The notes under the pieces: model-generated
The model's database searches: none
What the model was told of the DNA's origin: nothing
The model's input: only the letters and a program-made list of their open reading frames with translations
NCBI GenBank assembly: GCA_963706025.1
Contig: CAVPLM010000005.1
Location: 1,139,650-1,203,649, forward strand
Source: an uncultured Actinomycetes bacterium
Lineage (GTDB): Bacteria; Actinomycetota; Thermoleophilia; RBG-16-64-13
Length of the DNA: 64,000 bases
Reading direction: 5' to 3'
In this document: positions 11,956 to 23,335 of the stretch, piece after piece
Layout: every line of letters starts with the position of its first letter
Numbering within the stretch: position 1 is the first letter of the stretch
Made by a program: the position numbers and the translations under genes

Positions 11956-12793
11956 CGCCGGCGGGACGAACTCACTTGCGACCAAGGTCTTCTTCTGCGA
12001 CGAGGAGGGATTCGAAGTCGCCTCCGTCATCGTCATGGGAAAGACCGATGCGGTGCTGATCGACGCGCAATGGACGCTGTCCAATGCCCATCGGGTCGTC
12101 GCCGAGATACTGGAAACGGGCAAGGATTTGAAAACGATCTACCTCACGCATGCGCATCCCGATCACTACTTCGGAGTGGGCACGATCGCGCAGGCGTTCC
12201 CCAAAGCCCGGGTGGTGGCGGTACCCTCGGAGGCCGACATCATCAACAAGCAGTTCTTCGGCAAGATCGAGATCTGGGAAGGCGTGATAGGGGCTCACAA
12301 CGTCTGTAGAGAGACGGTGACGGTGGAGTCTCTGCACGAAGACCACTTGGAGCTGGAGGGGCAGCGCCTCGAGATCATCTCGAAAGTCATGGGCGACATG
12401 AGATACAACACCATGGTGTGGATACCGTCGACGAAGACCCTCTACGCCAGCGACGTCCTGTTCAATCAGGCGCACCCGTTCACCTGCGAGCTCACGGCGG
12501 ACGAGCGCAGGCAGTGGATAGCGGAAGTCGACAAGATAGAGAAGATGGGCGCCGAGGTGATCATCCCCGGTCACCAGAAACCCGGGATGCAGTTCGATAG
12601 GAGCTCGCTGGATTTCACGAGAGAGTACCTTGTTGCCACCGAAGAGGAACTGGCGAGAACGGCAGACGTCGCCGGTTTCTACTACGCCATGGCCGAACGC
12701 TTCCCCGAGGCCAATCTCCTTCATCTAAGCAACGAGATGAACGCGAACGTGTTCAAGGGAGACAGAGACTGGCACTGGCGCGAAGAGGACTAG
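11939..12793 (+). CDS. MBL-fold metallo-hydrolase
   Basis: LIDAQ, THAHPDHYFG, ASDVLF and IIPGH motifs. Confidence 0.9.
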   Translation: MEVRLNAGGTNSLATKVFFCDEEGFEVASVIVMGKTDAVLIDAQWTLSNAHRVVAEILETGKDLKTIYLTHAHPDHYFGVGTIAQAFPKARVVAVPSEADIINKQFFGKIEIWEGVIGAHNVCRETVTVESLHEDHLELEGQRLEIISKVMGDMRYNTMVWIPSTKTLYASDVLFNQAHPFTCELTADERRQWIAEVDKIEKMGAEVIIPGHQKPGMQFDRSSLDFTREYLVATEEELARTADVAGFYYAMAERFPEANLLHLSNEMNANVFKGDRDWHWREED

Positions 12794-12831
12794 GGGCTTG
12801 ACGGAGAGGCCTTTCGGCCGAAGGGGGCGCC

Positions 12832-14348
12832 GTGGCGAGCAGCGTGGGTTTCGACAACGAGAAGTACCTCGAGGAGCAGAGCCTTGCGATCGTCGAGCGC
12901 TCGGACCGCATCGGCGGCAGGCTCTACCTCGAGTTCGGCGGGAAGATCGCGTACGACTTCCACGCCGCCCGCGTTCTCCCCGGCTACGACCCGAACGTCA
13001 AGATCCGCCTGCTGCAGAAGCTGAAGGACCAGGCCGAGATCGTCGTCTGCATCTACGCGGGGGCGATCGAGCGGCGCAAGATGCGCGCCGACTTCGGGAT
13101 CCCCTACGACGTCGACGCGCTGAAGCTCATCGACGACCTGCGCGACTGGGGCCTGCTGGTGCGCGCGGTGGTCATCACCCGCTTCGAGGACCAGCCCTCG
13201 GCGCGCGTCTTCAAGGCGCGGCTCGAGCGCCGCGGCATCCCCGTCTACGCGCACCGCTCCACCAGCGGATACCCCACCGACGTCGATCGCATCGTGAGCG
13301 ACGAGGGCTACGGCGCCAACGACTACATCCCCACCGAGCGGCCGGTCGTCGTGGTGGCCGGCCCCGGCCCGGGCAGCGGCAAGCTGGCCACCTGCCTGTC
13401 GCAGGTCTACCACGAGCATCGCCGCGGCAACGCCGCCGGCTACGCCAAGTTCGAGACGTTCCCGATCTGGAACCTGCCGCTCAAGCACCCGGTGAACGTG
13501 GCCTACGAGGCGGCCACGGTGGAACTGCAGGACGTCAACCAGATCGATCCCTTCCACCTGGAGGCCTACGGCGAGCAGGCGGTCAACTACAACCGCGACA
13601 TCGAGGCCTTCCCGCTGGTCGCGCGGATCCTGCAGCGCATCGGTGGCGACGCGTTCTACCGGTCGCCGACCGACATGGGCGTGAACCGCGCGGGGTTCGC
13701 GATCGTGGACGACGCGGTGGTGCGCGCTGCGGCCGAGCAGGAGGTGATCCGCCGGCACTTCCGCTACGCCTGCGAGTACGCGGTGGGGCTGGTGGAGCGC
13801 GAGGACGCCGACCGCGCGCGGCTGATCATGAACGAGCTGGGCCTCGACGAGGACCAGCGGGTGGTGGTGCAGCCCCGCGCGCGAGGCGGCCGCCGAGGGC
13901 GAGGCAAGAGGCAAGGGCAACGAGGGCGTCTTCTGCGGCGCCGCCATCGCCCTGCCCGACGGCCACATCGTCACCGGCAAGAACTCCACGCTGATGCACG
14001 CCGCCTCCGCCGTGGTGCTGAACGCCGTGAAGCACCTGTCGCGCATCCCGGACGACATGCCGCTCCTGACCCTGAACGTCATGGAGTCGATCGCCGGGAT
14101 GAAGAAGGACATCCTGCAGATGAAGTCGGTGAGCCTCGACCTCGACGAGATGCTGATCGCCCTCGGCATCAGCGCCACCACCAACCCAGCCGCCCAGGCG
14201 GCCGTGGGGCAGCTTGACGCAGCTCTCAGGGTGCGAGTTCCACACGACCCACCTGCCGACGGCGGGCGACGAGGCCGGCCTGCGGCGGCTGGGCCTCAAC
14301 GCCACCAGCGACCCGCAGTTCGCCACCCGGTCGCTGGTCATCGGCTAG
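12832..14348 (+). CDS. DUF1846 (UPF0371) protein with two +1 frameshifts (~13875, ~14215)
   Basis: [41 protein letters not shown]. Later frames give [11 protein letters not shown] and GCEFHTTHL...[12 protein letters not shown]. Confidence 0.88.
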
Positions 14349-14406
14349 GGAAGGCACGTTTGGCGGGGCAAAGACCGAGCGAGTCCATCTGCAAGGAGGT
14401 CTCACC

Positions 14407-15312
14407 ATGGCGACCGAACTGAGCCGTGACAAGGTGTTCTTCGCGTTCTCTTCCAAGATGGCGCCGGTGATCCGCATCGCGCAGGGGGAGGAACTCGTGC
14501 TGCAGACGCACGACTGCTTCAGCGGGCAGCTGAAGACCTCGGCAGACACGCTCGAGACCCTCGACTGGAGCATCACCAACCCCGCCACCGGTCCGGTCTA
14601 CATCGAGGGCACGAAACCCGGCGATCTCCTGCGTGTCGACCTGCTCGAGGTCAAGGCTACGGGCCCGTCGATCATGGTCGCCGTGCCGCAGGTGGGGACC
14701 ATGGGCGACGCGATCACCCAGATGGAGACGACGGTCCTCGAGCACACCGAGGACGCCGTGGTGTTCAAGGGCCGGGTGAAGGTCCGCCAGAAGCCGATGC
14801 TGGGCGTCATCGGCGTGGCCCCCGCGCAGGGCGAGATCCCCAATTCGACTCCGGGCGGTCATGGCGGCAACATGGACTGCACGCTCGTCTCGACCGGCGC
14901 GAGCCTGTACTTGACGGTTGGGGTCGAGGGCGCGTTGTTCGGGTGTGGCGACATGCATGCCGTGATGGGCGATGGCGAAGTCATCATCTGTGGTGCCGAG
15001 ACGCCGGGCTACGCGCGCGTCACGGCACAGGTCGTCACGATTCCCGGGCTTCCCACGCCGTTCATAGAAAACGACGACCTGGTGGCCGTGATCGCCTCGG
15101 CCGAGACCGTGGACGAGGCGAAGGACGTCGCCATCCACCGCATGCTCGACTTCCTGACCGGCGTTGCCGGCATGCCGCTCAACGACGCGGCGATGCTCAT
15201 GAGCCTCACCGGCGATCTCAAGTTCTGCCAGGTCGTAGACCCACTCATGACGGTGCGCTTCGAGTTCCCCAAGTCGGTGCTCAAGGACTACGGCTTCGAG
15301 ATGCCGCGCTAG
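14407..15312 (+). CDS. Acetamidase/formamidase family protein
   Basis: NPATGPVYIEG, HGGNMD, GDMHAVMGDGE and QVVDP motifs. Confidence 0.92.
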   Translation: MATELSRDKVFFAFSSKMAPVIRIAQGEELVLQTHDCFSGQLKTSADTLETLDWSITNPATGPVYIEGTKPGDLLRVDLLEVKATGPSIMVAVPQVGTMGDAITQMETTVLEHTEDAVVFKGRVKVRQKPMLGVIGVAPAQGEIPNSTPGGHGGNMDCTLVSTGASLYLTVGVEGALFGCGDMHAVMGDGEVIICGAETPGYARVTAQVVTIPGLPTPFIENDDLVAVIASAETVDEAKDVAIHRMLDFLTGVAGMPLNDAAMLMSLTGDLKFCQVVDPLMTVRFEFPKSVLKDYGFEMPR

Positions 15313-15338
15313 GGCGGCATGCGCCGGCCCCGATAAGG

Positions 15339-15367
15339 CTCCGCCCTCCGGGTGAGGGAGGGCGGAG
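15339..15367. terminator. GC hairpin between convergent genes
   Basis: CTCCGCCCTCC-gggtgag-GGAGGGCGGAG, 11-bp perfect stem. Confidence 0.6.
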
Positions 15368-15419
15368 GAATCAGTCGCTCGTCTCTACGACGATCACGGC
15401 GCAGCTCACATGATTGCCC

Positions 15420-16532
15420 TTATAGCAGGGCTCCCACCATGGTGCAGGCACGGTCCTGGGAGATCCCCACCCCCTGGCAGGTCAGCTCTCCGTGCCAGAC
15501 GTTCGCTCCGAGAGCCAGGGCCGGATCGTCTTTCATGGCTTGGGCCACGCCCTTGTTGGCCAGGTCCAGCACGTAGGGCAGGGTGACGTTGGTAAGGGCG
15601 AGCGTCGATGTGCGCGGATAGGCGCCGGGCATGTTCGCGACGGCGTAGTGCAGAACGCCCTCTTCGTAGTACACGGGGTCCTGGTGGGTGGTGGCCCGGG
15701 TCGTCTCGAAGCAGCCGCCCTGATCCACGGCCACGTCTACCACCACCGAGCGCGGCTTCATCAGATGGAGCATCTCGCGCGTCACCAGCTTGGGAGCCAC
15801 GGTGCCGGCGACCAGCACCCCCCCGATCACGAGGTCGGCCGACTTGAGGTAGTGCTCCAGGCTGGAACGGTCGGAGTGGACGGTCTTGCAGTTGGCGGGA
15901 AGTACGTCGTCCAGGTACTTCATCCTCTCGGCGGAAACATCCAGGATGACGACGCGGGCGCCCAGACCGGCGGCCATCTTGGCAGCGTTGATGCCGACGA
16001 TGCCGCCACCGATGATGAGCACCTCGGCCGGGGCCACGCCCGGCACCCCGCTGGCAAGGAGCCCGAGCCCGCCGTTCGGGTACGCCAGGTAGTGGGCACC
16101 CACCAGCACCGACATCCGACCTGCCACCTCGCTCATGGGGACGAGCAGGGGCAGGCTGCGGTCGGCCAACTGCACCGTCTCGTAGGCGATGCCCATGATC
16201 CCGCTCTCGAGCAGAGCGTTAGTGAGATCGGGCACCGGGGCCAGGTGTAGATACGTGAAGAGAGTGAGGTCTTCGCGGAAGTACTGGTACTCAGACGGCA
16301 GAGGCTCCTTGACCTTCACCACCATCTCCGCCCGGGACCAGACCTCGGCGGCGCCCTCCACGAGCTCCGCCCCGTTCTTCAGGTAGTCCTCATCGGAGAA
16401 CCCGCTACCCAGACCGGCCGATCTCTCCATGAGGACCCGGTGACCGGCTTGGGTGAGAGCCCATGCGCCTGCAGGCGTCAAGCCCACCCGGTTCTCGTTG
16501 TTCTTGATCTCCTTCGCACATCCGACGATCAC
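15420..16532 (-). CDS. ald: Alanine dehydrogenase
   Basis: KEIKNNENRV, KVKEP, YLHLA, GGGIVG, DVAVDQGG and VANMPGA motifs. Confidence 0.97.
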   Translation of the reverse strand: MIVGCAKEIKNNENRVGLTPAGAWALTQAGHRVLMERSAGLGSGFSDEDYLKNGAELVEGAAEVWSRAEMVVKVKEPLPSEYQYFREDLTLFTYLHLAPVPDLTNALLESGIMGIAYETVQLADRSLPLLVPMSEVAGRMSVLVGAHYLAYPNGGLGLLASGVPGVAPAEVLIIGGGIVGINAAKMAAGLGARVVILDVSAERMKYLDDVLPANCKTVHSDRSSLEHYLKSADLVIGGVLVAGTVAPKLVTREMLHLMKPRSVVVDVAVDQGGCFETTRATTHQDPVYYEEGVLHYAVANMPGAYPRTSTLALTNVTLPYVLDLANKGVAQAMKDDPALALGANVWHGELTCQGVGISQDRACTMVGALL

Positions 16533-16631
16533 GTTACGACCTCCCTAGTGGTTTGCGGCACGGTTGCTGTGCCGTGGTTGCCTTATCCTCGGTCACTTCT
16601 CGATCCGTTATGCAGTTGTGCAGATCCTCCT

Positions 16632-16913
16632 CTATCCGGCCCCCAGCAGGGGGACCAGCACCAGCGTATCCCCGTCGGCCACCTGGGCATCCAGCGAAGG
16701 AAGCACGCGCCCGTTTCGGACCACCCGGATCGCACTCCAGGAACCATCTCCACCCGCCCGGAGGAGACCGCTCAGATCCTTGTTCTCAGCTTCGGCCACC
16801 GCGATGAGCACATCGCGAGCTGTCGGCTGTGTGATCCCGTCCATCTGCAGGTCTATCTCCTCTTTGCCAATAAGGTCCCTGGTGTTTGCCATGAAACGGA
16901 CCTTTATGGACAT
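16632..16913 (-). CDS. MoaD/ThiS-family ubiquitin-like protein
   Basis: Beta-grasp pattern (VRF.A, NG, DGD.L.L.P), adjacent to AOR; ends in GAG. Confidence 0.8.
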   Translation of the reverse strand: MSIKVRFMANTRDLIGKEEIDLQMDGITQPTARDVLIAVAEAENKDLSGLLRAGGDGSWSAIRVVRNGRVLPSLDAQVADGDTLVLVPLLGAG

Positions 16914-16940
16914 GGGCCACCACCCTCGGATGTACTCATA

Positions 16941-18809
16941 CTAGGCGACGATCGAACTCAGCCCCAGTTCGGCCAGCTTGTCCTTGGACGGGATCCCACC
17001 AGGCCAACCCCGTTCGCGATAGTACTCTCCTACCATCTCATCAAAGGGGAGCGGGACGCCGGCGGCGCCGCCCTCGGTGTGAGCGGTGAAGAACCGCTGC
17101 GGCAGCACATAGTCCCTGGCCGGAACGACTCCGTGCTTGAGGTTGAACATCTGCATGAGGTTGACGATGCGCTCGCCGGTCTTGAGAAGCTCGATCGGTT
17201 CCAGGTCCCAACCGGTCACGGCGTTCAGAAGGTCGGTCTGCAACGTGAAATCGAGCCCGGCGAACTCGTAGAAGAAGCAGACGACGGCCGAGTTGCACAC
17301 CGCCATCCGATCCTGGAACTTCATTTGGGCGAGCCCTTTGTATTCCGAGCTGTGAGGGGGCAGCGGATTCAGCATCTCGTCTCTGCCGGTTTCCGGAAAG
17401 GTGACACCGAGCTCGATGGCTTCGGGGAAGCCGTGCAGGTGACTCGCTCCCTTCATCGAGGTGGCGGTTTCGACCGCCATAGAGAGGAAGGCCCTCGGAT
17501 CGTGTGCCGGGACGGCCGCGCCACAGACGTGCAGCGCCGCGTCGGGGATCCCCAGTGCCTCTCCCGCCGGCCTCAGACCCTCGCCGAGAAGACGCGGGAC
17601 TCGGCCGTCACGTCTCGCGACCTTCTCCAGGAGGGCGATCATGGCATCGCCGTCGCCCCACTTGAGCTCGATCCCACCCAGATCTTCCTTGGTGATCGCG
17701 CCTCGCTCGTACGCTTCCATGGCGAAGGCGCAGACCCCCCCGAATTCGATCGTGTCGAGGCTGTATCTATTGCAGAGCTCGTTGGCCTTGTTGATCGCGA
17801 GGAGGTTGTCGATCAGACAGTCGGAACCCATCATGCCCAGAGTCTCGTATTCCGGACCGTAGCTGTCCATGGCATAGGGACCATCTGCAACGGTGATGCG
17901 CCGGTGGCAGCCCATGATGCAGTTGGAGCAGGCATCCGGCTTTGGCTTGAGAACGGGATTGAAGTCCTGACCCTCCCCCGCCCCCAGCTTGCGGGCCCCC
18001 TCCTGCCAGCGGTCCTGCAGGAAGTTCTTCATGGGAAGAAGCCCGTTTTCCTCCCGAGGCACGACCGCCATCGCTTGGCCGAGCTCCCGGTTCGCCTTGG
18101 CGAAATCGGCGTTCTTGGCGCGTTCGGCGTACTCTTTCTTGAGTGCAGAAAGCACATCGGGGCGAGCGATCGGCACGGTCTTCGTTCCGCGAAAAGCGAG
18201 CGCCTTCAGGTTCTTGGAGCCCATGACCGCTCCCATGCCGGTACGGCCGGCACAGCCATGCCCGTGGTTGCAGATGACCCCGGCGTAACGGACGAGGTTC
18301 TCTCCCCCGGGCCCTATGGGGGCGACTTGGATCTTCGGATCATCGAGCTCGGCTATGATGGCATCTTCGGTCTCGTAGGCGTCCGTCTTGCCCCATAGAT
18401 GCGAGGCATCACGGATCTCCACTTGTCCGTCGTGGATGAAGAGATAGACAGGCTTGGCGGCCTTACCCTTGACTACGAGAGCGTCGAATCCGGTCTTCTT
18501 GAACTCCTCGGCGTTGTAGCCGCCCCCGGTGGACTCCCCGAAAATCCCTGTCAGCGGGGACTTGGCACAGATCGAGAACCGCCCGCTGCCCAGGATCCTG
18601 CTCCCGCCTTGGAAGGGGCCCGTCGCGAACACCAGGACGTTATCCGGACCAAGCGCGTCTGCACCGGCTGGGATCTGCTCGTAGAGGATCTGAGCGGCCA
18701 AACCCGTGCCGCCAAGGAAGTTCCGCTGCGACTCTTCGGGAAAGGGGATCGTCTTGCTTTCCCCTTGGGTGAGATCCACCTCGACCATCTTTCCCCAATA
18801 CCCGCTCAT
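16941..18809 (-). CDS. Tungsten aldehyde:ferredoxin oxidoreductase family
   Basis: KSPLTG, GRTGMGAVMGSKNLKA, CxxCxxxC, EYET and DTIEFG motifs. Confidence 0.95.
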   Translation of the reverse strand: MSGYWGKMVEVDLTQGESKTIPFPEESQRNFLGGTGLAAQILYEQIPAGADALGPDNVLVFATGPFQGGSRILGSGRFSICAKSPLTGIFGESTGGGYNAEEFKKTGFDALVVKGKAAKPVYLFIHDGQVEIRDASHLWGKTDAYETEDAIIAELDDPKIQVAPIGPGGENLVRYAGVICNHGHGCAGRTGMGAVMGSKNLKALAFRGTKTVPIARPDVLSALKKEYAERAKNADFAKANRELGQAMAVVPREENGLLPMKNFLQDRWQEGARKLGAGEGQDFNPVLKPKPDACSNCIMGCHRRITVADGPYAMDSYGPEYETLGMMGSDCLIDNLLAINKANELCNRYSLDTIEFGGVCAFAMEAYERGAITKEDLGGIELKWGDGDAMIALLEKVARRDGRVPRLLGEGLRPAGEALGIPDAALHVCGAAVPAHDPRAFLSMAVETATSMKGASHLHGFPEAIELGVTFPETGRDEMLNPLPPHSSEYKGLAQMKFQDRMAVCNSAVVCFFYEFAGLDFTLQTDLLNAVTGWDLEPIELLKTGERIVNLMQMFNLKHGVVPARDYVLPQRFFTAHTEGGAAGVPLPFDEMVGEYYRERGWPGGIPSKDKLAELGLSSIVA

Positions 18810-19034
18810 CCTCGCCTCCTGACACCTTTCATGGACTCACAGCCACTGATGGGCCTCCGCCAGAACCCTCGGCACCACACGGCCGCGGGCGCCCTCCGCG
18901 CTCCGTCGGACCTGTCTTGAATTGTGGACTACGCCAGTCTAACATCCCCCTCTACTCGCTGAAACCTCGCGGCGGCTCTGGAGCTGCGATTTCAGGAGCG
19001 TGCCGAGGGCGAAGCCTAGACGTAAGGAACGGAA

Positions 19035-20445
19035 GTGCTCCCAGACGGTCTACTTGGCGAGTTGAGAGGACATCGTCGGCGCGGAAGACGTGCTCTGGAA
19101 GAGGGCCGATCTTCAGACCTACGAATACGATGGCTACGTGGAGAGGTCACTCCCCGATGCTGTCGTTTTCGTCGAGTCGACGGACGAAGTAGCATCAGTG
19201 GTGCGACTTGCCCAACGCGAGAACATACCGTTCTTGCCCCGCGGCTGCGCCACCAACTTGACGGGCGCCACCATCGCGGTGAGGGGGGGACTTGTCATCG
19301 AAATGGCCCGCATGAGACGAGTCGTGGAGATAGACCTGGCCAATGAGCGAATGGTCGTGGAGTCCGGTATCTACACTGAGGAGATCTCGGCCATCCTCGA
19401 GCCTCTCGGCTACTACTACGCTCCTGATCCGTCGAGCGCCAAAGCGTCTTCCATCGGGGGCAACATCGCGGAGAACGCCGGCGGCCCTCACTGCTTCAAG
19501 TACGGAGTCACGTTGAACCATGTGATCGGGGCGGAAGTCGTGCTCCCCCATGGCGAGGTGGTTTGGCTGGGAGGCAAGGCCGTCGATCTGCCTGGTTTCG
19601 ACCTCCTCGGTGGTTTCATTGGAAGCGAGGGCACTTTTGGGATCTGTACCAAGGCTGTTCTCCGGATCCTGCGAAAGGCTGAAGCCATCAAGACGTTGCT
19701 GGCTATCTACGACAGCATCGATGACGCCGCCAAGACGGTCACTGCCATAGTGGCCGCCGGCATGATCCCGGCGACTCTCGAGATGATGGACAAGCTCGCG
19801 ATCCAAGCGGTCGAGGATTCACAGGCTCTGGGGTTTCCCAGAGACGCTGCTGCGGTGCTCCTCATCGAGCTGGACGGGCTCGTCGATGGTCTGGAAGACA
19901 TGGCCGCCGACGTGCTTGCGATGTGCAGGCGCAACAACGCCCGCGAGGTCCGGGCGGCAGGCTCGGAAGAGGAACGGACCGCCCTTTGGAAGGGACGCAA
20001 GGGCGCGGTCGCGGCCGTCGCTCGCCTGGCCCCCAATTTCTTGCTCATCGACGGCACGGTACCTCGTACGAAGCTCCCCGACGCCTTGCGCAAAGTCTAC
20101 GAGATCGGGGACAAATACGATCTCAGGATCGCGAACGTAGCTCACGCCGGCGATGGGAATCTGCATCCGTTCGTGTTGTTCGACAGCAGGATCAGCGCGG
20201 ACAAAGAGCGGGCCATGAAAGCGGCCATGGAGATCCTTGCCGCCTGTGTGGCGCTGGGCGGCACGATAACCGGGGAACATGGCATCGGTATCGAGAAGAT
20301 GGAGGCGATGAGCATTCTCTTCACCGAGAACGATCTGAGAGCTCAGCAATGGCTCAAAGAGGTGTTCGACCCGGTCGGACTGTGCAACCCCGGCAAGGTC
20401 CTGCCTGCGCGAGTTGCCGTTGGGGGGGGTGCTCATGCCGCATGA
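19035..20445 (+). CDS. glcD: Glycolate/D-lactate oxidase FAD subunit GlcD-like (+1 frameshift ~19068)
   Basis: APDPSS, GGNIAENAGG, GSEGTFG, HAGDGNLHP, GEHGIG, NPGK. N-terminus MLPDGLLGELR is in another frame. Confidence 0.9.
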
Positions 20446-21790
20446 TGTCGGTGACCTCCTGGCCGAGCTGACGCTCCTTGCCCCCGGGGCCGCGGCGGAT
20501 GGAAACCCGCAGACCAGCGTGGCTGGACTCGTGCCGGCCGTGCGTGTGAGTCCGACCACAGTGTCCGAGTTGGGACAGATAGTGGGTTGGGCTTCCAGGC
20601 GCGGCCTGGCGATGGCCGCGCTCGGGGGCGGGACCAAACTGGGGATCGGAAACCCTCCTTCTCGCCTGGACCTGGCGCTCGACATGAGCGCCATGAGTTC
20701 CATCACTGAGTATGACGCAGCGGATCTTGTCCTGACCGCTCAGGCGGGGGTGACCATCCAGCACCTTCGGTAGATGGTGCGCGAGGATTCTCTGGTCTTA
20801 CCGCTCGATCCACAATCCAGAGACCGAGCCACCATAGGGGGAGTGATCGCCTGTGCGGACCACGGCCCCCGGCGACGACAGTATGGCGGTCTTCGGGACC
20901 TGGTCCTCGGACTGAAGGTCGTTCTCCCCGATGGCAGCCTGGCCGGTTTCGGCGGTCGGACTCTCAAGAACGTCGCGGGTTACGATGTGGGCAGGCTTTT
21001 CGTCGGTTCGCTGGGGACGATAGGGGTCATCGCGGAGGCCACAGTGCGTCTCCTGCCCATGCCCGCCTGTGAGGAGCTTCTGCTTGTCACGGTACCCGGC
21101 TTGGAGCAGGGGCGCCGGCTGGTGGCCAGGATCCTGGGATCGGTTCTGATCCCCTCTTCCCTCGAGCTCCTCTCACCGGCATGCGTAGGATTGCTGGGCT
21201 TCGATCAGCACCTTGGATCTTCCGACACCGAGAGCCTTCTGCTTATCGCCCTTGAGGGACACCCCGCCGCGGTGGAGCGCCAGGTGCGCGACCTCTCCGC
21301 CTTCTGTGCTGAGCTGGACTCGGGAACGGAGATGGTCGAGTCTCGCCGCGCGTCGGAGCTTGGATTGCCCGTTGATGAAGCCTGGGATACCTTCGCAGGA
21401 CTCCGCGAGAAGGCGCTCGGCAACGGGTCTGGGGTCGGTTTGCGCTGTACGGTGCCGCTCGCGCGTGTCTGGGACCTGGCCGCTGCCGCGGAGGAGCGTT
21501 CTCGGGCGAGTAGCGTTGACCTGTCGTACACGATGAGCTGCGGGACAGGATACCTCGAGGCCTACGCTGCCGGTTCCCCGGCCGATCTGCGGACGTTCGC
21601 GGAAGGGGTGCGGGAAGACGCGGAGTACCGAGAGGGTGCGATGTCCGTGCTTGACGGCTGGTCTGTCCTCGGCGAGGAGTTCGACGCCTGGGGAGGTCAG
21701 CGGACCGATTTCGGCCTCATCAGAGCTGTGAAGGAGAAATTCGATCCCCAGGGCCTCATGAATCCCGGTCGCTACCTGGGAGGGCTGTGA
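20435..21790 (+). CDS. glcE: GlcE-like FAD-binding subunit interrupted by an in-frame TAG (20771-20773)
   Basis: GGGTKL, AQAGVT, LPLDP, ATIGG, KNVAGYD and FDPQGLMNPGR in one frame with a single stop. Confidence 0.85.
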
Positions 21791-23191
21791 GCATGGGACC
21801 CCAGCCCTCGACAACCGCCGAAGGTGCGGCCGCTGCGACAGCGCCCGGTGGGGTCACCGAACTCCTTGATCTCTACGACGAGGTCGCCAAGTGCGGGCGG
21901 TGCGGATTCTGTCAGCCCACGTGCCCTGTGTATACGGCCACGAACAAGGAAGCTCACGTGGCGCGAGGCAAGAACGCGCTGTTCCGCAATCTCATCGAGG
22001 GGGAGACCCCGCTGGATCCCGATCTCCGGGAGGCCTTCGAGAACTGCCTCTTGTGTCGCGCTTGTACTGCGAACTGCTTTCCAGCAGTAAAAACGGACCA
22101 GTTGGTCATCTCCCTTCGGGAGACGTACGGGCAGCAGCTGGGGCGGCCCACGATTCAGCGGTGGATATTTCGCAGACTGCTCCCCCATCCGAGACTCATG
22201 TCCTGGATCGTCGGCACCATGTGGATGGGGCGCCGGCTCGGTCTGGCGGGGGTCGCGAAGCGCCTCGGTCTGCTGAGGATGATCAATCCCAAGCTGGAGA
22301 ACGCGATGGAGATCCGGGAGGAGGTGCCCAGCAGCTTTCTGAGGACCAGGCTGAAGAAGCGCGGCTCGGCCGGTGAAGGCTTCCTCCGGTCTCAAGGTCG
22401 GGTACTGGATCTCCTGTGGCTACAACTACATGCTGCCCGAGGTGGGCGAGGCTACGGTAGACGTCCTTGAGCAGAACGGGATCGAGGTGACGGTCCTGCC
22501 CAACGCCTGCTGCGGTCTGCCGGTGTACTGCTACGGGGACATTGAAGGAGCACGGCTTCTTGCCAAGAGTAACCTCGACAAGCTCGGTGACTTGGGTCAA
22601 TACGACTACATCGTGTCCGACTGTGGCAGTTGCTCGGGTCATCTCAAGGAATACGCCGACCTCCTGAAGGACGACCCCGAGTACGCCGAGAAGGCCACGG
22701 CCCTTGTCGGCAAGGTACGGGCTTTCAGCGAGTTGATGCACGCTTTGGGCGTCGGCGTTCCTCTCGGTGAGCTTCCGGCCACGGTCACCTACCACGATCC
22801 GTGTCATCTCGGAGCCCGCTACCAAGGCATCGTGTCTCAACCCCGGGAGCTCATAAAGTCCGTTCCCGGCGTCGACTACCGAGAGCTCCGCGAGGCCGAC
22901 TGGTGCTGCGGCGCAGCTGGGTCATACAACTTCATGCACAACGACATCTCTATGAAGATCCTTGACCGCAAGGCAGAGAATGTCGAGAAGTCCGGTGCGG
23001 ATGTCCTGGTGACGGAGTGTCCTTCGTGCATCATGCAGTTGTCGCTTGGAGCCAAGCGTCGCGGCCTGCCTACGCGGGTTCTCAGTGTCTCTCAGCTGCT
23101 CCAGGAGGCCGAGCAGGCGGCACCGCCCGCGGGGACGAAGGCGACCTCGACAACGTCGACTGCCCGCGACCACGAGAGCCCGGGGCGGTGA
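21787..23191 (+). CDS. glcF: GlcF-like Fe-S/CCG-domain subunit (+1 frameshift ~22372)
   Basis: Two CxxCxxCxxxC(P)-type clusters, then CCG, YHDPCHL, CCGAAG and ECPSC. Confidence 0.88.
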
Positions 23192-23215
23192 GACTCAGCT
23201 AAGGATCACCTGTGA

Positions 23216-23260
23216 AAGACCCGGCGCCGGGCTCAGGATCTGAGCCCGGCGCCGGGTCTT
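23216..23260. terminator. Bidirectional terminator-like hairpin
   Basis: Perfect 21-bp stem AAGACCCGGCGCCGGGCTCAG-gat-CTGAGCCCGGCGCCGGGTCTT between convergent glcF and gldA. Confidence 0.8.
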
Positions 23261-23335
23261 CGCGTTATTGCACCTTGTCCTGCTTCTTCGTCCTCGCCCG
23301 TGCGCTAGGACCGCAGCCGGCCTTTCGCGGGCGGA

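Noticed and set aside
16440-18398. 652-aa plus-strand ORF and many other long antisense ORFs
   Set aside because: Shadow ORFs of real opposite-strand genes in GC-rich DNA, with no motifs.
18921-18945. Imperfect palindrome TGGACT-acgcc-AGTCTA in the aor/glcD divergent promoter
   Set aside because: Short and imperfect, and I did not find it repeated at the cluster's other promoters.
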